64,000 bases of DNA from Pseudobacteriovorax sp. (GTDB lineage Bacteria; Bdellovibrionota_B; Oligoflexia; Oligoflexales; Oligoflexaceae). Both the position numbers and the translations under genes were made by a program. How positions within the stretch are numbered: the first letter of the stretch is position 1; each line of letters begins with the position of its first letter. This document shows, piece after piece, positions 20,906 to 31,096 of the stretch. The notes beneath the pieces are model-generated. The model did no database searches, was not told the origin of the DNA, and saw only the letters and a list, made by a program, of their open reading frames with translations. The stretch lies in NCBI GenBank assembly GCA_050293845.1, contig JBNKNM010000013.1, positions 1 to 64,000 of the forward strand. Direction: 5' to 3'.

Positions 20906-21805
20906 CTACTGCATAAAATTTAATAGAGATGGCTGCAAAAGCTTATTTGAAGCCAAAAGTGTACTTTGTAAAATATCTTCAGTCTTCTTAAAGTCGGAAA
21001 TGGTTTTAAAGGAATCAGCATCCTCTATACTGGAGACTTCTTTGGTAGTGATTTCACTGGAAATTTCTAAACGTTTAAGAGTATTTTCAACTCCATTATG
21101 AATACCACCCAAAATCGCCTGTGACCCGGTGACTTTATCTAGATGATACTCAAGCTCATCCATGACCTTCCGGATAGTTTCAACATCGTTTGTTTCAAGG
21201 CCCTCACGGAGAAGTTCCAAAGTATGAATCATCCCGAACCGACCATTTTCTCTCTCGTAATGATTAGGTTCAAAAAGCCCGCGAGCCTGTAGATTGATCT
21301 GCTTAAAGATACCTTGATCAACTTGCAGAAAAATGACACCATCATCCCCTAAGAAAGTACCATCTCGGCTAAGGGGAGGAGTTTGTGAGCGAAACCCACC
21401 AAAAACAAAGCGATTGCCATACTGTGAATTTGCTAAGCCGACGATACCATCAATCAGCTCTTTTACTTCCTTTGCTGCTGCAGAACGACTGCTGGGACCG
21501 TAGGTGTCATTTGCGAGGGCAATAGCCAGCTCTTTACCCCGAATTAAAAAGTCCGTTATTCCTTGCAGTGAGGCTTCCGCCCTTTCGATATAGCCCTTAG
21601 TAAACTCGATATTTTTTTGGAATTGTTCCATATCATTGAGTGTAGCGCGACTTTTTATCACGCGCCCCAGTCCTACAGGATCGTCTGAAGTTCTGTTGAT
21701 ACGCTTTTGTGTAGAGATTTGCTCCAGCATGCCTGTATTGTCTTGACGAGCCTGATTAACCCGACTTTCGGAAAGACGATATCTCTGGTTATCAGAAACT
21801 CTCAT
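20906..21805 (-). CDS. flgL: Flagellar hook-associated protein 3
   Basis: KRINRTSDDP, ANDT, FVFGG and C-terminal SLLNFM. Follows flgK. Confidence 0.92.
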   Translation of the reverse strand: MRVSDNQRYRLSESRVNQARQDNTGMLEQISTQKRINRTSDDPVGLGRVIKSRATLNDMEQFQKNIEFTKGYIERAEASLQGITDFLIRGKELAIALANDTYGPSSRSAAAKEVKELIDGIVGLANSQYGNRFVFGGFRSQTPPLSRDGTFLGDDGVIFLQVDQGIFKQINLQARGLFEPNHYERENGRFGMIHTLELLREGLETNDVETIRKVMDELEYHLDKVTGSQAILGGIHNGVENTLKRLEISSEITTKEVSSIEDADSFKTISDFKKTEDILQSTLLASNKLLQPSLLNFMQ

Positions 21806-21817
21806 TCAACTCCTTCT

Positions 21818-23245
21818 TTACCTTTTCAAGGACAATACTGTCTCAAACATCTCGTCTACTGTTGTTATAACACGTGAAGATGCGGAAAAATTTGCCTGCC
21901 ATTTCATGAGATTAATAGCTTCTTCATCCATAGACACTCCTTTTAAGGAGTCATGGCGTGATAAAAGGTCCTTGTTGAGAATCCTATCAGCCTCGTTAAT
22001 GTGCTCCGCTCGCACTAGTTCTAACCCGAATGTCCCTACGGTATTGGCATAATATTCGTCAAATGTAGATTCACCATTTCCCATCATGCGCCGTTCTTTT
22101 AATCTGATGATCTCGTTAACAATAACATTGTCTCCAGGTGCATTTGGCGAAATTGCGGCAGAAATCGACGAAACATCTTCGCGAATGAGTCCATTAATAC
22201 TTAAAGTTTCAGCGGCATCATTCATGTTGTCAGAAACATCAAAAAAGTTGCGTCCCATATTTTCCTTGAATTTACCAATTCCAAACCCTTGCCTATGAAT
22301 AGAATTCACAGAATGTCCTATTACAAAAGCTATTTCATTGTTTTTTTGTATAAGATCCGGAATAACCTTATCTCTCACTTCTAGTAAACCAGCCAAGCTT
22401 CCTTTTTTCATAAGATCATTTACAATTACCGGTTTATTAGCAGAGCCTTGATCGATTACCACTTCATAAAGCACCGTATTTCCATGTGCTTTTTTTCGTA
22501 CATCGACATCAGCAAAGTGACCTCTTTCCACCAATAAAGTCTCCTGAGGTCCTCTTACCACAACCATCCCACGATCACCACGGTAGTAATTAATATCAAT
22601 TTTTTTAGTTAGCTTTCTAAGAAGAAGATCTTGCTTGTCAAGAAGATCACTGGCTTCTTTTCTTTCTCCCGATTCTAAAGATGTGATCGCAAGATTAATA
22701 TTGGCAATTTCTGCTATCATTGCAGATATTTCTTGAGTTTCTCCGCTAATTCGTTCATTGATACCTAATCTCTTACGCTTCAGCGAGGCATCAATCCGAT
22801 GAAAAGTACTTGTTAAGTTATCTGCTTTTTCTTTTACATTAGTGCGTACCACAACCTCCTCAGGGAAGTTTGAGAGATCTTGCCAAGCATTGAAAAATGC
22901 GTTCATCTCTTCTGAAACACTAGCATTCAACTGGGGCGAGTAAATCTCTTCTAACGGTTTCATAGCTTCAGTTTTGGCTTGACTACGGCCTAAATCTTGA
23001 TTCGACAGGTTGAGCTGCTTTTCAAGAAATTTATCATGGGCACGGGTAATATTTTTGACAAAGACGCCGTTCCCGATAATCACATTGCGTGTTTCTGAAG
23101 GCACATACTGCTCTAGGTTTACCCGCTGACGAGAATAGCCTTCAGTATTAGCATTAGCAATGTTATGACCAGCTGTATCCACACCTTGCCGTGTCGCATA
23201 AAGTGACTCAGCACCAACATTGAGAGTATGTTTTAGACCGCCCAT
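21818..23245 (-). CDS. flgK: Flagellar hook-associated protein 1
   Basis: HNIANANTEGYSRQ and GVSMDEEA motifs. Confidence 0.95.
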   Translation of the reverse strand: MGGLKHTLNVGAESLYATRQGVDTAGHNIANANTEGYSRQRVNLEQYVPSETRNVIIGNGVFVKNITRAHDKFLEKQLNLSNQDLGRSQAKTEAMKPLEEIYSPQLNASVSEEMNAFFNAWQDLSNFPEEVVVRTNVKEKADNLTSTFHRIDASLKRKRLGINERISGETQEISAMIAEIANINLAITSLESGERKEASDLLDKQDLLLRKLTKKIDINYYRGDRGMVVVRGPQETLLVERGHFADVDVRKKAHGNTVLYEVVIDQGSANKPVIVNDLMKKGSLAGLLEVRDKVIPDLIQKNNEIAFVIGHSVNSIHRQGFGIGKFKENMGRNFFDVSDNMNDAAETLSINGLIREDVSSISAAISPNAPGDNVIVNEIIRLKERRMMGNGESTFDEYYANTVGTFGLELVRAEHINEADRILNKDLLSRHDSLKGVSMDEEAINLMKWQANFSASSRVITTVDEMFETVLSLKR

Positions 23246-23255
23246 ATAGGTCCTA

Positions 23256-23834
23256 TCAAGTTCGGATAACTATAGTTGCATTTGAAGGCTGATTTTTTGC
23301 TGTTCCTTGCGCTCCATAGGTTGACGCTGATTCGATAGCAATGGTTTGCCAAAAACGAAATGTTTCGCGGTGATGATGTAGCAGCTTTCTTATGAGGTAT
23401 TGGTTCATTTCTATCTTTGGATTGCAGGTTTGTCTTAGTGTTTCTAATCGCCGATAGGTATAAGCTAGTTTCTCCCATTCATGAACCATAACTCCGGCCA
23501 GGAGATCCTTTTTAGCATTCATAATAGTAGGATCGTTATAGATAAATTCTGCAAAATCTTTTATGGAAATTTTACTATTGGAAATTATATGGCGCTGCCT
23601 CAATGAAGTAAGCAATGATTCGTAGACCTTTGCGAAAGAATCGCCCCAAGTTACAATAGCATTGCCAAGACTGATTTTTTCATCAATTAACTTTTCAATG
23701 GTGACAAGGGAGCTATTAGCGATAGCTTTATGCTCATGTTCCATCAAACTATGAAGCTGTTCATAACACTCACATAGTTGTGACAAATCCTGGATAAGAT
23801 CCTGTATCGCTAAAACATCCGCCTCTAAAAACAA
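23256..23834 (-). CDS. flgN: Flagellar export chaperone FlgN-like
   Basis: Helical protein between flgM and flgK, with E..AI, EK and C-terminal TYG..G pattern. Start uncertain. Confidence 0.7.
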   Translation of the reverse strand: MFLEADVLAIQDLIQDLSQLCECYEQLHSLMEHEHKAIANSSLVTIEKLIDEKISLGNAIVTWGDSFAKVYESLLTSLRQRHIISNSKISIKDFAEFIYNDPTIMNAKKDLLAGVMVHEWEKLAYTYRRLETLRQTCNPKIEMNQYLIRKLLHHHRETFRFWQTIAIESASTYGAQGTAKNQPSNATIVIRT

Positions 23835-23835
23835 A

Positions 23836-24180
23836 CTAAACCTCAGATCCCGATGAAAGTTTATCTTTAATAGCCTCTACCAACATGCCATCAGCAATCT
23901 TACCGGGGTCCACTTTATATGTCCCTGCCTCAATCCTGGCTTTTATATCTGCAATTCTATCCTCCCGGAGGGGAGATGTTGATTTTGCAATACTCATGGC
24001 CTGCTGTCTGGCTTGTAATAGTTCTTGTGCTTCCTTAGATAGGTTTACATTGAAGTTTTTATTGCTTTTTAGCGACTCAGAAGAGCTCTCTTCATCAGTA
24101 ACTTTTTCAGATTTAGTTGGCGACATGCCTTTGGTATGATGGATATTTCCACCAGTTATTCCGATTGCCTTGGTGTCCAT
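23836..24180 (-). CDS. flgM: Anti-sigma-28 factor FlgM
   Basis: VNLS and REDRIADIKARIEAGTYKVD...IADGM. Confidence 0.93.
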   Translation of the reverse strand: MDTKAIGITGGNIHHTKGMSPTKSEKVTDEESSSESLKSNKNFNVNLSKEAQELLQARQQAMSIAKSTSPLREDRIADIKARIEAGTYKVDPGKIADGMLVEAIKDKLSSGSEV

Positions 24181-24198
24181 GGTTCCTCCCTTATAAGG

Positions 24199-24570
24199 CT
24201 ATTTAGCCTGTTGGTACCTGTTGATCACCTGAGATTTTATTATATTAGCAGGTTTTCCTCCTGCTATTAAACCAAGTAGATGACTTTGAATAGAATCAGC
24301 TAGTCCGGTGGATCTCTGGGAAGCTAAGGATTTGGCGTATTCACTGTCTAACATACTACGGAAGATCTCTTCGCCATTTCCACCATCTATCAGCTTCGAC
24401 TTTGGGATTGACTCTCGCATTGATTTTAACACAATTTCAAGGAAAATTGCTTCAAATTCTTCAGAAAGTTTTTTGACCTGTTCTTTATCGTTAATATTTT
24501 TTTCAGACATATTAAGATGTTGAAGATTCATTTCCGCTTTAACATGACTGACATTGGTAGCTATTTCCAA
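24199..24570 (-). CDS. flgJ: Rod-binding protein (short FlgJ, no muramidase domain)
   Basis: EEFEAIFLEIVLKSMR...FRSMLDSEYA...GLAD. Likely TTG start at 24570, just after the flgI stop. Confidence 0.8.
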   Translation of the reverse strand: MEIATNVSHVKAEMNLQHLNMSEKNINDKEQVKKLSEEFEAIFLEIVLKSMRESIPKSKLIDGGNGEEIFRSMLDSEYAKSLASQRSTGLADSIQSHLLGLIAGGKPANIIKSQVINRYQQAK

Positions 24571-24580
24571 GGCGTTCCCC

Positions 24581-25579
24581 CTACTGATACTTGATTTCGG
24601 CCCTGAGAGCACCGGAAGCATGAATCGACTGAATAATACTTATCAAGTCCGGTGGTTGCACACCAATAGCATTGAGACTCTTGATCAATTCACCTACTGT
24701 ACTGCCATTCACAGAGTTTATGGCCCCTCCGCTACCCTCCTGCCCCACCTCTATACTGAGTCCGTTGTGGGACAGGACTATGGGAGAGATTTTTACATCT
24801 CCCCCCATGACGACGGTTCCCGTCCTTTCGTTGACAACGACCACTGCCTTTTGATCAACAGCAACAGTCAGATTTTCAAGCTCTGAAATAAAGCTGACAA
24901 TATCATTTTCGTGGGATGATGGAATCAAAACTCGTATCACTGAAGGGTCTACAGAAGTCGCAATAAATCGCCTAAAATACTGGTTTATTGTTTTTGCAAT
25001 GCGAGCGTTTGTTGTAAAATCTGGCATTTTTAAATTTAATTCAATCCCCCCCTTGATCACAAGATTAGGAATAAAATTTCTCTCAATCTGCCCTCCACGT
25101 GGTATGGAGGCTACTGTTAAACTCTGCGCTCCTTCACCTGATGCTTGCGCCACCACAACAGGCCCCCTAGCTACAGCATATACATTACCATCACCAGCCT
25201 TTAATGGAGTCATAAGCAGAGTACCTCCTGCTAAACTGGTAGCATCCCCTAGTACTGATAGCTTTATGTCGATATCATCACCATTGCGAGCAAATGCTGG
25301 AAGCTGAGCTGTAACGACAACAGCTGCAGCTGATTGAAAAATGATCCCATCATTATTGATATCCATACCCAATCGACTTAATAAAGTTTTCATACCATTT
25401 ACAGTGCTTATTGATGCCGGTGTATCTCCTGTTCCATTCAAGCCAACAACCAACCCGAAACCCATGAGCTCGTTAGTACGATTACCTTTGATAGCAACGA
25501 GGTCTTTGATACGTGACTCTTGAGCCTTTACCGGTACTGTTAGAATCATAGTCCCTATGATTAATACTATCCACTTCAT
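24581..25579 (-). CDS. flgI: Flagellar P-ring protein
   Basis: RIKD, GFGLVVGLNGTGD, GGTLLMTPL, NERTGTVV and GALRAE motifs. Confidence 0.96.
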   Translation of the reverse strand: MKWIVLIIGTMILTVPVKAQESRIKDLVAIKGNRTNELMGFGLVVGLNGTGDTPASISTVNGMKTLLSRLGMDINNDGIIFQSAAAVVVTAQLPAFARNGDDIDIKLSVLGDATSLAGGTLLMTPLKAGDGNVYAVARGPVVVAQASGEGAQSLTVASIPRGGQIERNFIPNLVIKGGIELNLKMPDFTTNARIAKTINQYFRRFIATSVDPSVIRVLIPSSHENDIVSFISELENLTVAVDQKAVVVVNERTGTVVMGGDVKISPIVLSHNGLSIEVGQEGSGGAINSVNGSTVGELIKSLNAIGVQPPDLISIIQSIHASGALRAEIKYQ

Positions 25580-26586
25580 CCACCAGCCCCTTCCTTTTGA
25601 TCTGCCGCAGATACATTGTCATCCTGAGTACTTTCCAGCAGCTCCGATTGCTTCTTAATGATGGATTTCTGTTCATTAATGACATCCTCTTGCTCATTTA
25701 TTTTGGTTCGTAATCCATCAACAATCTGACTCATGGCCTTATTCCTTTTGTCAACATCCTGACGCGCTTTAGCCACCGCCTGACGTTCTCTTCCCAGAGT
25801 ATTAATGCGATCTCTCAGTTTTTCTCGCACTCGCACCAAGTCCTTTTCCTTATTTACAAGCTGCTCAGCATATTGGGAACGGGCTTCATTAAAGCCGCTC
25901 AAACGCATGGTATACTCATCTTGCCAAGATAACGATTGCCGTTCAAATACCTCCCCATCCTGTCGCTCATACCATTCCACATCCAACAAATCATCTGTCG
26001 TAATTTCCTTTTTATTCATTAAGTCTGAACGTGATAAGCGAGCCTGGATACGGATAGTATTAGATTCACCCTCATTACTACTAGCCCTAAAGCTGGAGAT
26101 TATGACATCTCCATTAGGAAGACGCCTATCAATTTTGAACTTTATACTGGTTAAAGGCACAATTTTTTCACTTTCTTTCGGTGCTAGTTTTGGTAACGCT
26201 GCTAATAATTCATCTTGCAGCTCTTCTGGTTTTTGCTCTCCCTCTACAGGAGGCTTTTGCTCTTCACTCTTATTAACTCTAGTTAATATAACTAAGGTAT
26301 CGCCTATTTTTCCTTTTGGCATGGGAGTAAAAAGGTAGTTTTCAGGATTATTCAAAAACATCAAAGACCCTGTACTATTTATTTCCACAACCGGATCTAT
26401 TTTTAATTTTTTGCGTTTTATGTAAATATTTGGGGATTTCTGTTCTTCATCGGCGATATCTCTTCCTTTCTTCATAATTTTCACACCTACAGGCTTCGAG
26501 ATATAATGACGCTTGGAAACGGGAACAATCCGTGTCTGACAGGAAGATATTGCAAGCGCTATAAGAACAACAATCCTAAATTTCAC
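25576..26586 (-). CDS. flgH: Divergent flagellar L-ring lipoprotein with C-terminal coiled coil
   Basis: Lipobox ISSC, position between flgA and flgI, remnant GSL, KIGDTLVI and LPNGDVII motifs. Confidence 0.68.
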   Translation of the reverse strand: MKFRIVVLIALAISSCQTRIVPVSKRHYISKPVGVKIMKKGRDIADEEQKSPNIYIKRKKLKIDPVVEINSTGSLMFLNNPENYLFTPMPKGKIGDTLVILTRVNKSEEQKPPVEGEQKPEELQDELLAALPKLAPKESEKIVPLTSIKFKIDRRLPNGDVIISSFRASSNEGESNTIRIQARLSRSDLMNKKEITTDDLLDVEWYERQDGEVFERQSLSWQDEYTMRLSGFNEARSQYAEQLVNKEKDLVRVREKLRDRINTLGRERQAVAKARQDVDKRNKAMSQIVDGLRTKINEQEDVINEQKSIIKKQSELLESTQDDNVSAADQKEGAGG

Positions 26587-27596
26587 GGTTCAACCTCAGC
26601 TAAATTTTTACCAATCACCTTAGCCTGAATTCTTTTTTTAGAATTATTTAAAGCTATTGTTATTAGATCTCCCAACCGCGCTGGTTGTAATGCTTTGCCT
26701 TTACTTTTGACCTGTAGCATACCATGATGAACGAGGACATCTATGGATTCTCCTCTTCTTACCAGATAGGGGATTTTTAGATCAGATAAGCGTATGGGCC
26801 TACCTATTGTTAGTCGCCTGCGATTTTTTTTTCCTAAAATTTCATCCATACCTACAGCTATATTTGGCTGTAATGGCAACCAACGATACTCAAGATCATC
26901 TTCTGTCAAAATACTATTAACAGCTAAATTTCTCACTAAAGTTGGTACAAAATGTTCTACAATAAACTGTGCATAGATGACTCCCTCCGCTTCAGATCTT
27001 TGCCCTTTGTAGTGTGATAAGGCACTAACCTTTAACGGAATAGGTTTTACTCTTTTTGTAACAGCTTGATTCATAACTTCGGAAAGATTCTCTACCCCGT
27101 AAATTCTCCATGCAACAGAGCCAGGCCAAATAGTGAAATCATAAGGAACTCGTACCCTTGATAGTTTCAGGCGTCGATTTTCGGAGGGGTCTAAAGCATG
27201 TAAAGCTTTTATGATAGCATGCTTCAATTCATCTGTATGAATTTTTATAGTTTCACTATTAAGTACAACAGATTTTATCTCGTTAGTGGTCAAGGAAATA
27301 TTCGCAAACTCCTCACGAACTAAGGACAGAATGTGCTGCGTGGTAATAGAATATTTATCACCTGCCCTGGGAGAATCTCCGATCAGAACACTTGTTACTT
27401 GCTGACAAAGCTGCACACTTCCCATACAGTCGGCAACATCACCTAAATAAAATTTATCGCTTCCCAGGACTGCAGAAGGCTGAAACTCCAACTTCAAGGG
27501 AATACGAACTTGGGGAGCCACACCATAGAGAAACTTTTTGTCGTTTCCCAAAAGATTGCTAGAAAGCAATGTCAAGATAATGATTAAGGGATACAT
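26583..27596 (-). CDS. flgA: P-ring formation chaperone FlgA
   Basis: C-terminal SAF domain: LVRRGE...GKALQ..GD.I...N..SK. Confidence 0.85.
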   Translation of the reverse strand: MYPLIIILTLLSSNLLGNDKKFLYGVAPQVRIPLKLEFQPSAVLGSDKFYLGDVADCMGSVQLCQQVTSVLIGDSPRAGDKYSITTQHILSLVREEFANISLTTNEIKSVVLNSETIKIHTDELKHAIIKALHALDPSENRRLKLSRVRVPYDFTIWPGSVAWRIYGVENLSEVMNQAVTKRVKPIPLKVSALSHYKGQRSEAEGVIYAQFIVEHFVPTLVRNLAVNSILTEDDLEYRWLPLQPNIAVGMDEILGKKNRRRLTIGRPIRLSDLKIPYLVRRGESIDVLVHHGMLQVKSKGKALQPARLGDLITIALNNSKKRIQAKVIGKNLAEVEP

Positions 27597-27598
27597 GA

Positions 27599-28384
27599 TT
27601 ACCTTATATTATTTGTCTGTTGCAACATTTGATCTCCGGTCTGAATCACCTTGGAATTGATTTCATAGGCTCTTTGCCCCGAAATCATATTAACCATTTC
27701 TTCAACTATATTGACATTCGACCCTTCTAATTCTCCTTGGCCAATTCTTCCAAACCCCTGAGTATTGGGCTCCGCATTGATGGGGGCTCCACTAGCAGGA
27801 GTGGCTCCATATAGATTGCGCCCTAATGAATCAAGCCCTGTAGGATTCACAAAGTTAGCTAGAATGATTTGCCCCAACTCCTCGGTCTGGTCTCCTACGC
27901 GAGCACTGATATTACCATCCATACCAATATGAATTTTGTCATGAGTTATGCGCTCAGGCACAACCACTTCTGGAACTAAAGGGAACCCATCCGAAGTCAC
28001 AACACGCCCCTGATTATCGATGCGAAAACTACCATCCCTGGTATAAGCGATACTACCATCGTCCCTTTGTACGCGGAAAAAACCCTCTCCTTCGATCATC
28101 AGATCCGTGGTCTTATTGGTGATCCGAATAGCTCCCTCATTAAACATTTTTTCCACAGATGAAACCTTAGAGCCGGCCCCAATTTGGATACCACTGGGAA
28201 CGACAGTCCCTGTTGTCGAACTTTGCCCTGGAGCTCTTAGAGTTTGGTAAAGCAAGTCATGAAAATTTGCTCGTGACCTCTTAAAAGCTGTAGTATTTAC
28301 GTTAGCAAGATTGTTTGAAATTGTATCAATAGTAATTTGCTGGGATTCCATACCAGTAGCAGCTGTAAAAAGGGAACGCATCAT
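27599..28384 (-). CDS. flgG: Flagellar basal-body rod protein FlgG
   Basis: SNNLANVNT, YTRDGSF and LEGSNVNIVEEMVNMI..QRAYE motifs. Confidence 0.97.
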   Translation of the reverse strand: MMRSLFTAATGMESQQITIDTISNNLANVNTTAFKRSRANFHDLLYQTLRAPGQSSTTGTVVPSGIQIGAGSKVSSVEKMFNEGAIRITNKTTDLMIEGEGFFRVQRDDGSIAYTRDGSFRIDNQGRVVTSDGFPLVPEVVVPERITHDKIHIGMDGNISARVGDQTEELGQIILANFVNPTGLDSLGRNLYGATPASGAPINAEPNTQGFGRIGQGELEGSNVNIVEEMVNMISGQRAYEINSKVIQTGDQMLQQTNNIR

Positions 28385-28395
28385 AATTAGTACTC

Positions 28396-29184
28396 CTATG
28401 CTCTGACTTCACCAATAGTATTGGAAGATTTATCCATTATTTTGTCATAATTCATCACCGCTTTCTGGTAGGCTTCATATGATCGATGACTAACAATCAT
28501 TGAAGTCAGGCTTTTGATGGGATTAACATTAGAACCCTCTAAAAAACCTTGTTGTATACGGGGGTGTTCCACCAACTCCACCTGATCAGGAGGACCACCA
28601 TAAAAAAAACGTCCTCCGCCTGAGCGCTCCAATGCTTTCGGGGACTTGAATTTAACTAACTGAATTCTATCAATGAGTTGACCATCCTGTGTAATTTCAC
28701 CTTGCTGATTCACCATAAACTGATTTGATCGCAGATAGATCACGCCCCGTTCACCAAGCACCGGTTCACCGTGCTTATTAACTAACGCACCTTCTTCGGA
28801 AAGAGTCAGATTACCTGCTCTTTGATATCTGACGCCTTCAGCGGTTTGCAGTCGAAAAAAGCCCTCACCTTCAATCATCAAATCAAATTTATTATGGGTG
28901 GTAACTGCCGGACCCTGGGAATAATCAGTTGTCATTCCGGCAATACCCACATAAGCCATCTCATTACCAATTAGCGGTGACAACTTTTGCAGATCAACCT
29001 TATAATTTGCAGGAGGTAGGGGGTCAGGATAATTTTTGTAAGGTTCCGCATCCTGTAGCGTGAACGTTACACTATCTCCTTTAAATCCGACGGTGTTTAT
29101 ATTAGCCAAATTATGAGACAAAGCTTCCAGGGCTCTCTCTTGTGCCATAGCGCCGGCAAGTGGTGTGTAGATATTTTTTAACAT
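28396..29184 (-). CDS. flgF: Flagellar basal-body rod protein FlgF
   Basis: HNLANINTVGFK and LEGSNVN motifs, upstream of flgG. Start re-set to ATG 29184. Confidence 0.88.
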   Translation of the reverse strand: MLKNIYTPLAGAMAQERALEALSHNLANINTVGFKGDSVTFTLQDAEPYKNYPDPLPPANYKVDLQKLSPLIGNEMAYVGIAGMTTDYSQGPAVTTHNKFDLMIEGEGFFRLQTAEGVRYQRAGNLTLSEEGALVNKHGEPVLGERGVIYLRSNQFMVNQQGEITQDGQLIDRIQLVKFKSPKALERSGGGRFFYGGPPDQVELVEHPRIQQGFLEGSNVNPIKSLTSMIVSHRSYEAYQKAVMNYDKIMDKSSNTIGEVRA

Positions 29185-29213
29185 CGATATCCCCAATGAT
29201 TTAACTGCTAAAA

Positions 29214-29230
29214 AGCAATTTGCGGACCAA
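29214..29230 (-). promoter_or_regulatory. Sigma54 promoter of the flgF operon
   Basis: Minus strand TTGGTCCGCAAATTGCT (GG-N10-GC), 30 nt upstream of the flgF ATG. Confidence 0.65.
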
Positions 29231-29360
29231 GTTTTCATGGAAGTTCGAAGCGAAGAAGATAGCTCTTATTAATAAATAATTTTTGGATGATCCCAAATAT
29301 TTATTCTAGGCAATATTGTTCCGAAGCAGTCAAATTTCTAACTCCACGCCAATATACTGA

Positions 29361-30503
29361 CTAAAGGCGTCTTAAAATTAACGCTCCAGCATTGCCCCCA
29401 AACCCAAGGGACAAAATGATGGCAATTCTTGGTGAGGACCTTCGTTGTCCCGAGGTAGAGTTCAAGTAAGGCACTTCTATAGGTAATTGATCTGATAGGT
29501 GAGCTGCAGCAAAAGCTATTGAAGAAGCTGCTGAGGCTCCCAACATATGACCTGTAAACCACTTATGGAAAGTCATATCTGGAAGCTTACCGGGAAATAC
29601 CGCCCTGATAGCTTCCCATTCGGCAGCATCACCTTTTTTAGTTCCGGCACCATGACCAACAATAAGGTCCACCTCATGTGCTGAAATATTGGCGGATTTT
29701 AAGGATCTTTTCATAGCTAATTGCAAGCCAAGACCATGTTCCGAAACCCCTGCCATACTCCCTTCATCTGTTGCCGCTCCATAACCGATCACTTCACAGA
29801 TAGGATGTTTAGGGCAACTTTCTAAGATCACCGCACCAGCCCCTGCACCCAGTACCATGCCTTGCCGATCCGGAGCCATGGGTCGATGGGGAAAGCTCTC
29901 ACAATTCCCTTTATGGGTGACTTTTGTGCGATTCATAATCTCACGGACAAATGCTGTGTTGGAAGCCTCAGCCCCACCGGCAATACAGCCTGTCAGCACC
30001 CCGGTTCTGATCAAGGATGAGCCAAGTCCCACGGTATGAAGACCCGTTGAACAAGCAGCAGAAACGAATAGATGCATGCCATTAAAGCGAAAAAAACGGG
30101 CTATGGAAGACGGGATGGTATTAGCTGTGGTCGTAGGACTGGTATAAGCTGGAAGCCTCTTGTCGCTTGCATGATCTTTTATAGCCTGCTCTAGATTATG
30201 GGTCGGTCCCCGGGAAGAGCCAAAAACCACTCCCCAATTGGCAGAATAGTTTTGACATTCTTCCAATGCTTGGCGAGTAGCCAAAATTCCCAGTAAGGCC
30301 GTAGGATCTAACTTCCTTAGGGAGGGATTATCGCGGCGTAACGACACTATAGCTTGCTCAGTTTCTGGTGTTAGACATGCTATATATTGCCCGTCTTGGT
30401 ATCGAAAAGGTACCTTCCCCGCTGCTAAGGTCCGGCAATTTTCTGCAAAGCTGGAGCCCGCTGCACTCAGTACTCCTCGCCCTGAAAGATAAACTCTTCT
30501 CAT
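29361..30503 (-). CDS. Beta-ketoacyl-ACP synthase (FabB/FabF-like), stand-alone
   Basis: SAACSTG (Cys), HGAGT (His), KWFTGHMLGAS (His) and GFGGN. ATG 30503 follows GGAGGAG. Confidence 0.88.
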   Translation of the reverse strand: MRRVYLSGRGVLSAAGSSFAENCRTLAAGKVPFRYQDGQYIACLTPETEQAIVSLRRDNPSLRKLDPTALLGILATRQALEECQNYSANWGVVFGSSRGPTHNLEQAIKDHASDKRLPAYTSPTTTANTIPSSIARFFRFNGMHLFVSAACSTGLHTVGLGSSLIRTGVLTGCIAGGAEASNTAFVREIMNRTKVTHKGNCESFPHRPMAPDRQGMVLGAGAGAVILESCPKHPICEVIGYGAATDEGSMAGVSEHGLGLQLAMKRSLKSANISAHEVDLIVGHGAGTKKGDAAEWEAIRAVFPGKLPDMTFHKWFTGHMLGASAASSIAFAAAHLSDQLPIEVPYLNSTSGQRRSSPRIAIILSLGFGGNAGALILRRL

Positions 30504-30724
30504 ATCTCCTCCAAATTGCACCATGCCAATATCCTAGGGAAACGGCAATAGAGAACTCATGGGTGACTTCCTCCCGCGTTTTAAAAGCGAAGGCATCCCT
30601 ATCATGACGATATATTTCCACTTCCCAGCCAGCATAAGTTTTTTTATCCTGAGTTAGCTGGTTAGTGGAAATCACAGCGATATCTACAACGGTTCTGTAC
30701 TTATTTCATCTTGAAAGGATTAAA

Positions 30725-31096
30725 ATGGCCTGGCTATCTTATGCTTTAGTGTTTCTTGTGGCCTTAATGCACTTCTATTTTGGTATTTTAGAGATGTTTC
30801 TTTGGACCCGACCAGATGTGATTAGAAAATTTGGAATGACCCCAGATAAAGCTACAGTAACTAAAGTCATGGCTGCCAATCAGGGATTGTATAATTTCTT
30901 TTTAGGGACTGGCTTACTCTACGGTATCTACAGTATGGCAATGAGCCAGAATCCCGATATTGCCATCTTACATTTAGGCTTTGTTATCGTCGCCGGTATC
31001 TATGGAGGGTGGAGTGTAGGCAAGAAGCTTTTCTATATTCAGTCGGTTCCAGCTATTATTGCTTTGCTTGTCGTAGCTTTAGCCTGGTTTAGCTAG
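30725..31096 (+). CDS. DUF1304 family membrane protein
   Basis: H...LEMFLW, AANQGLYNFFL, AGIYG and Q.VPA motifs. Start re-set to ATG 30725. Confidence 0.85.
   Translation: MAWLSYALVFLVALMHFYFGILEMFLWTRPDVIRKFGMTPDKATVTKVMAANQGLYNFFLGTGLLYGIYSMAMSQNPDIAILHLGFVIVAGIYGGWSVGKKLFYIQSVPAIIALLVVALAWFS

Noticed and set aside
30358..30675. 105-aa minus-strand ORF upstream of the KAS gene
   Set aside because: It overlaps KAS by about 145 nt, has no RBS or motif, and the region is better explained as a structured leader.
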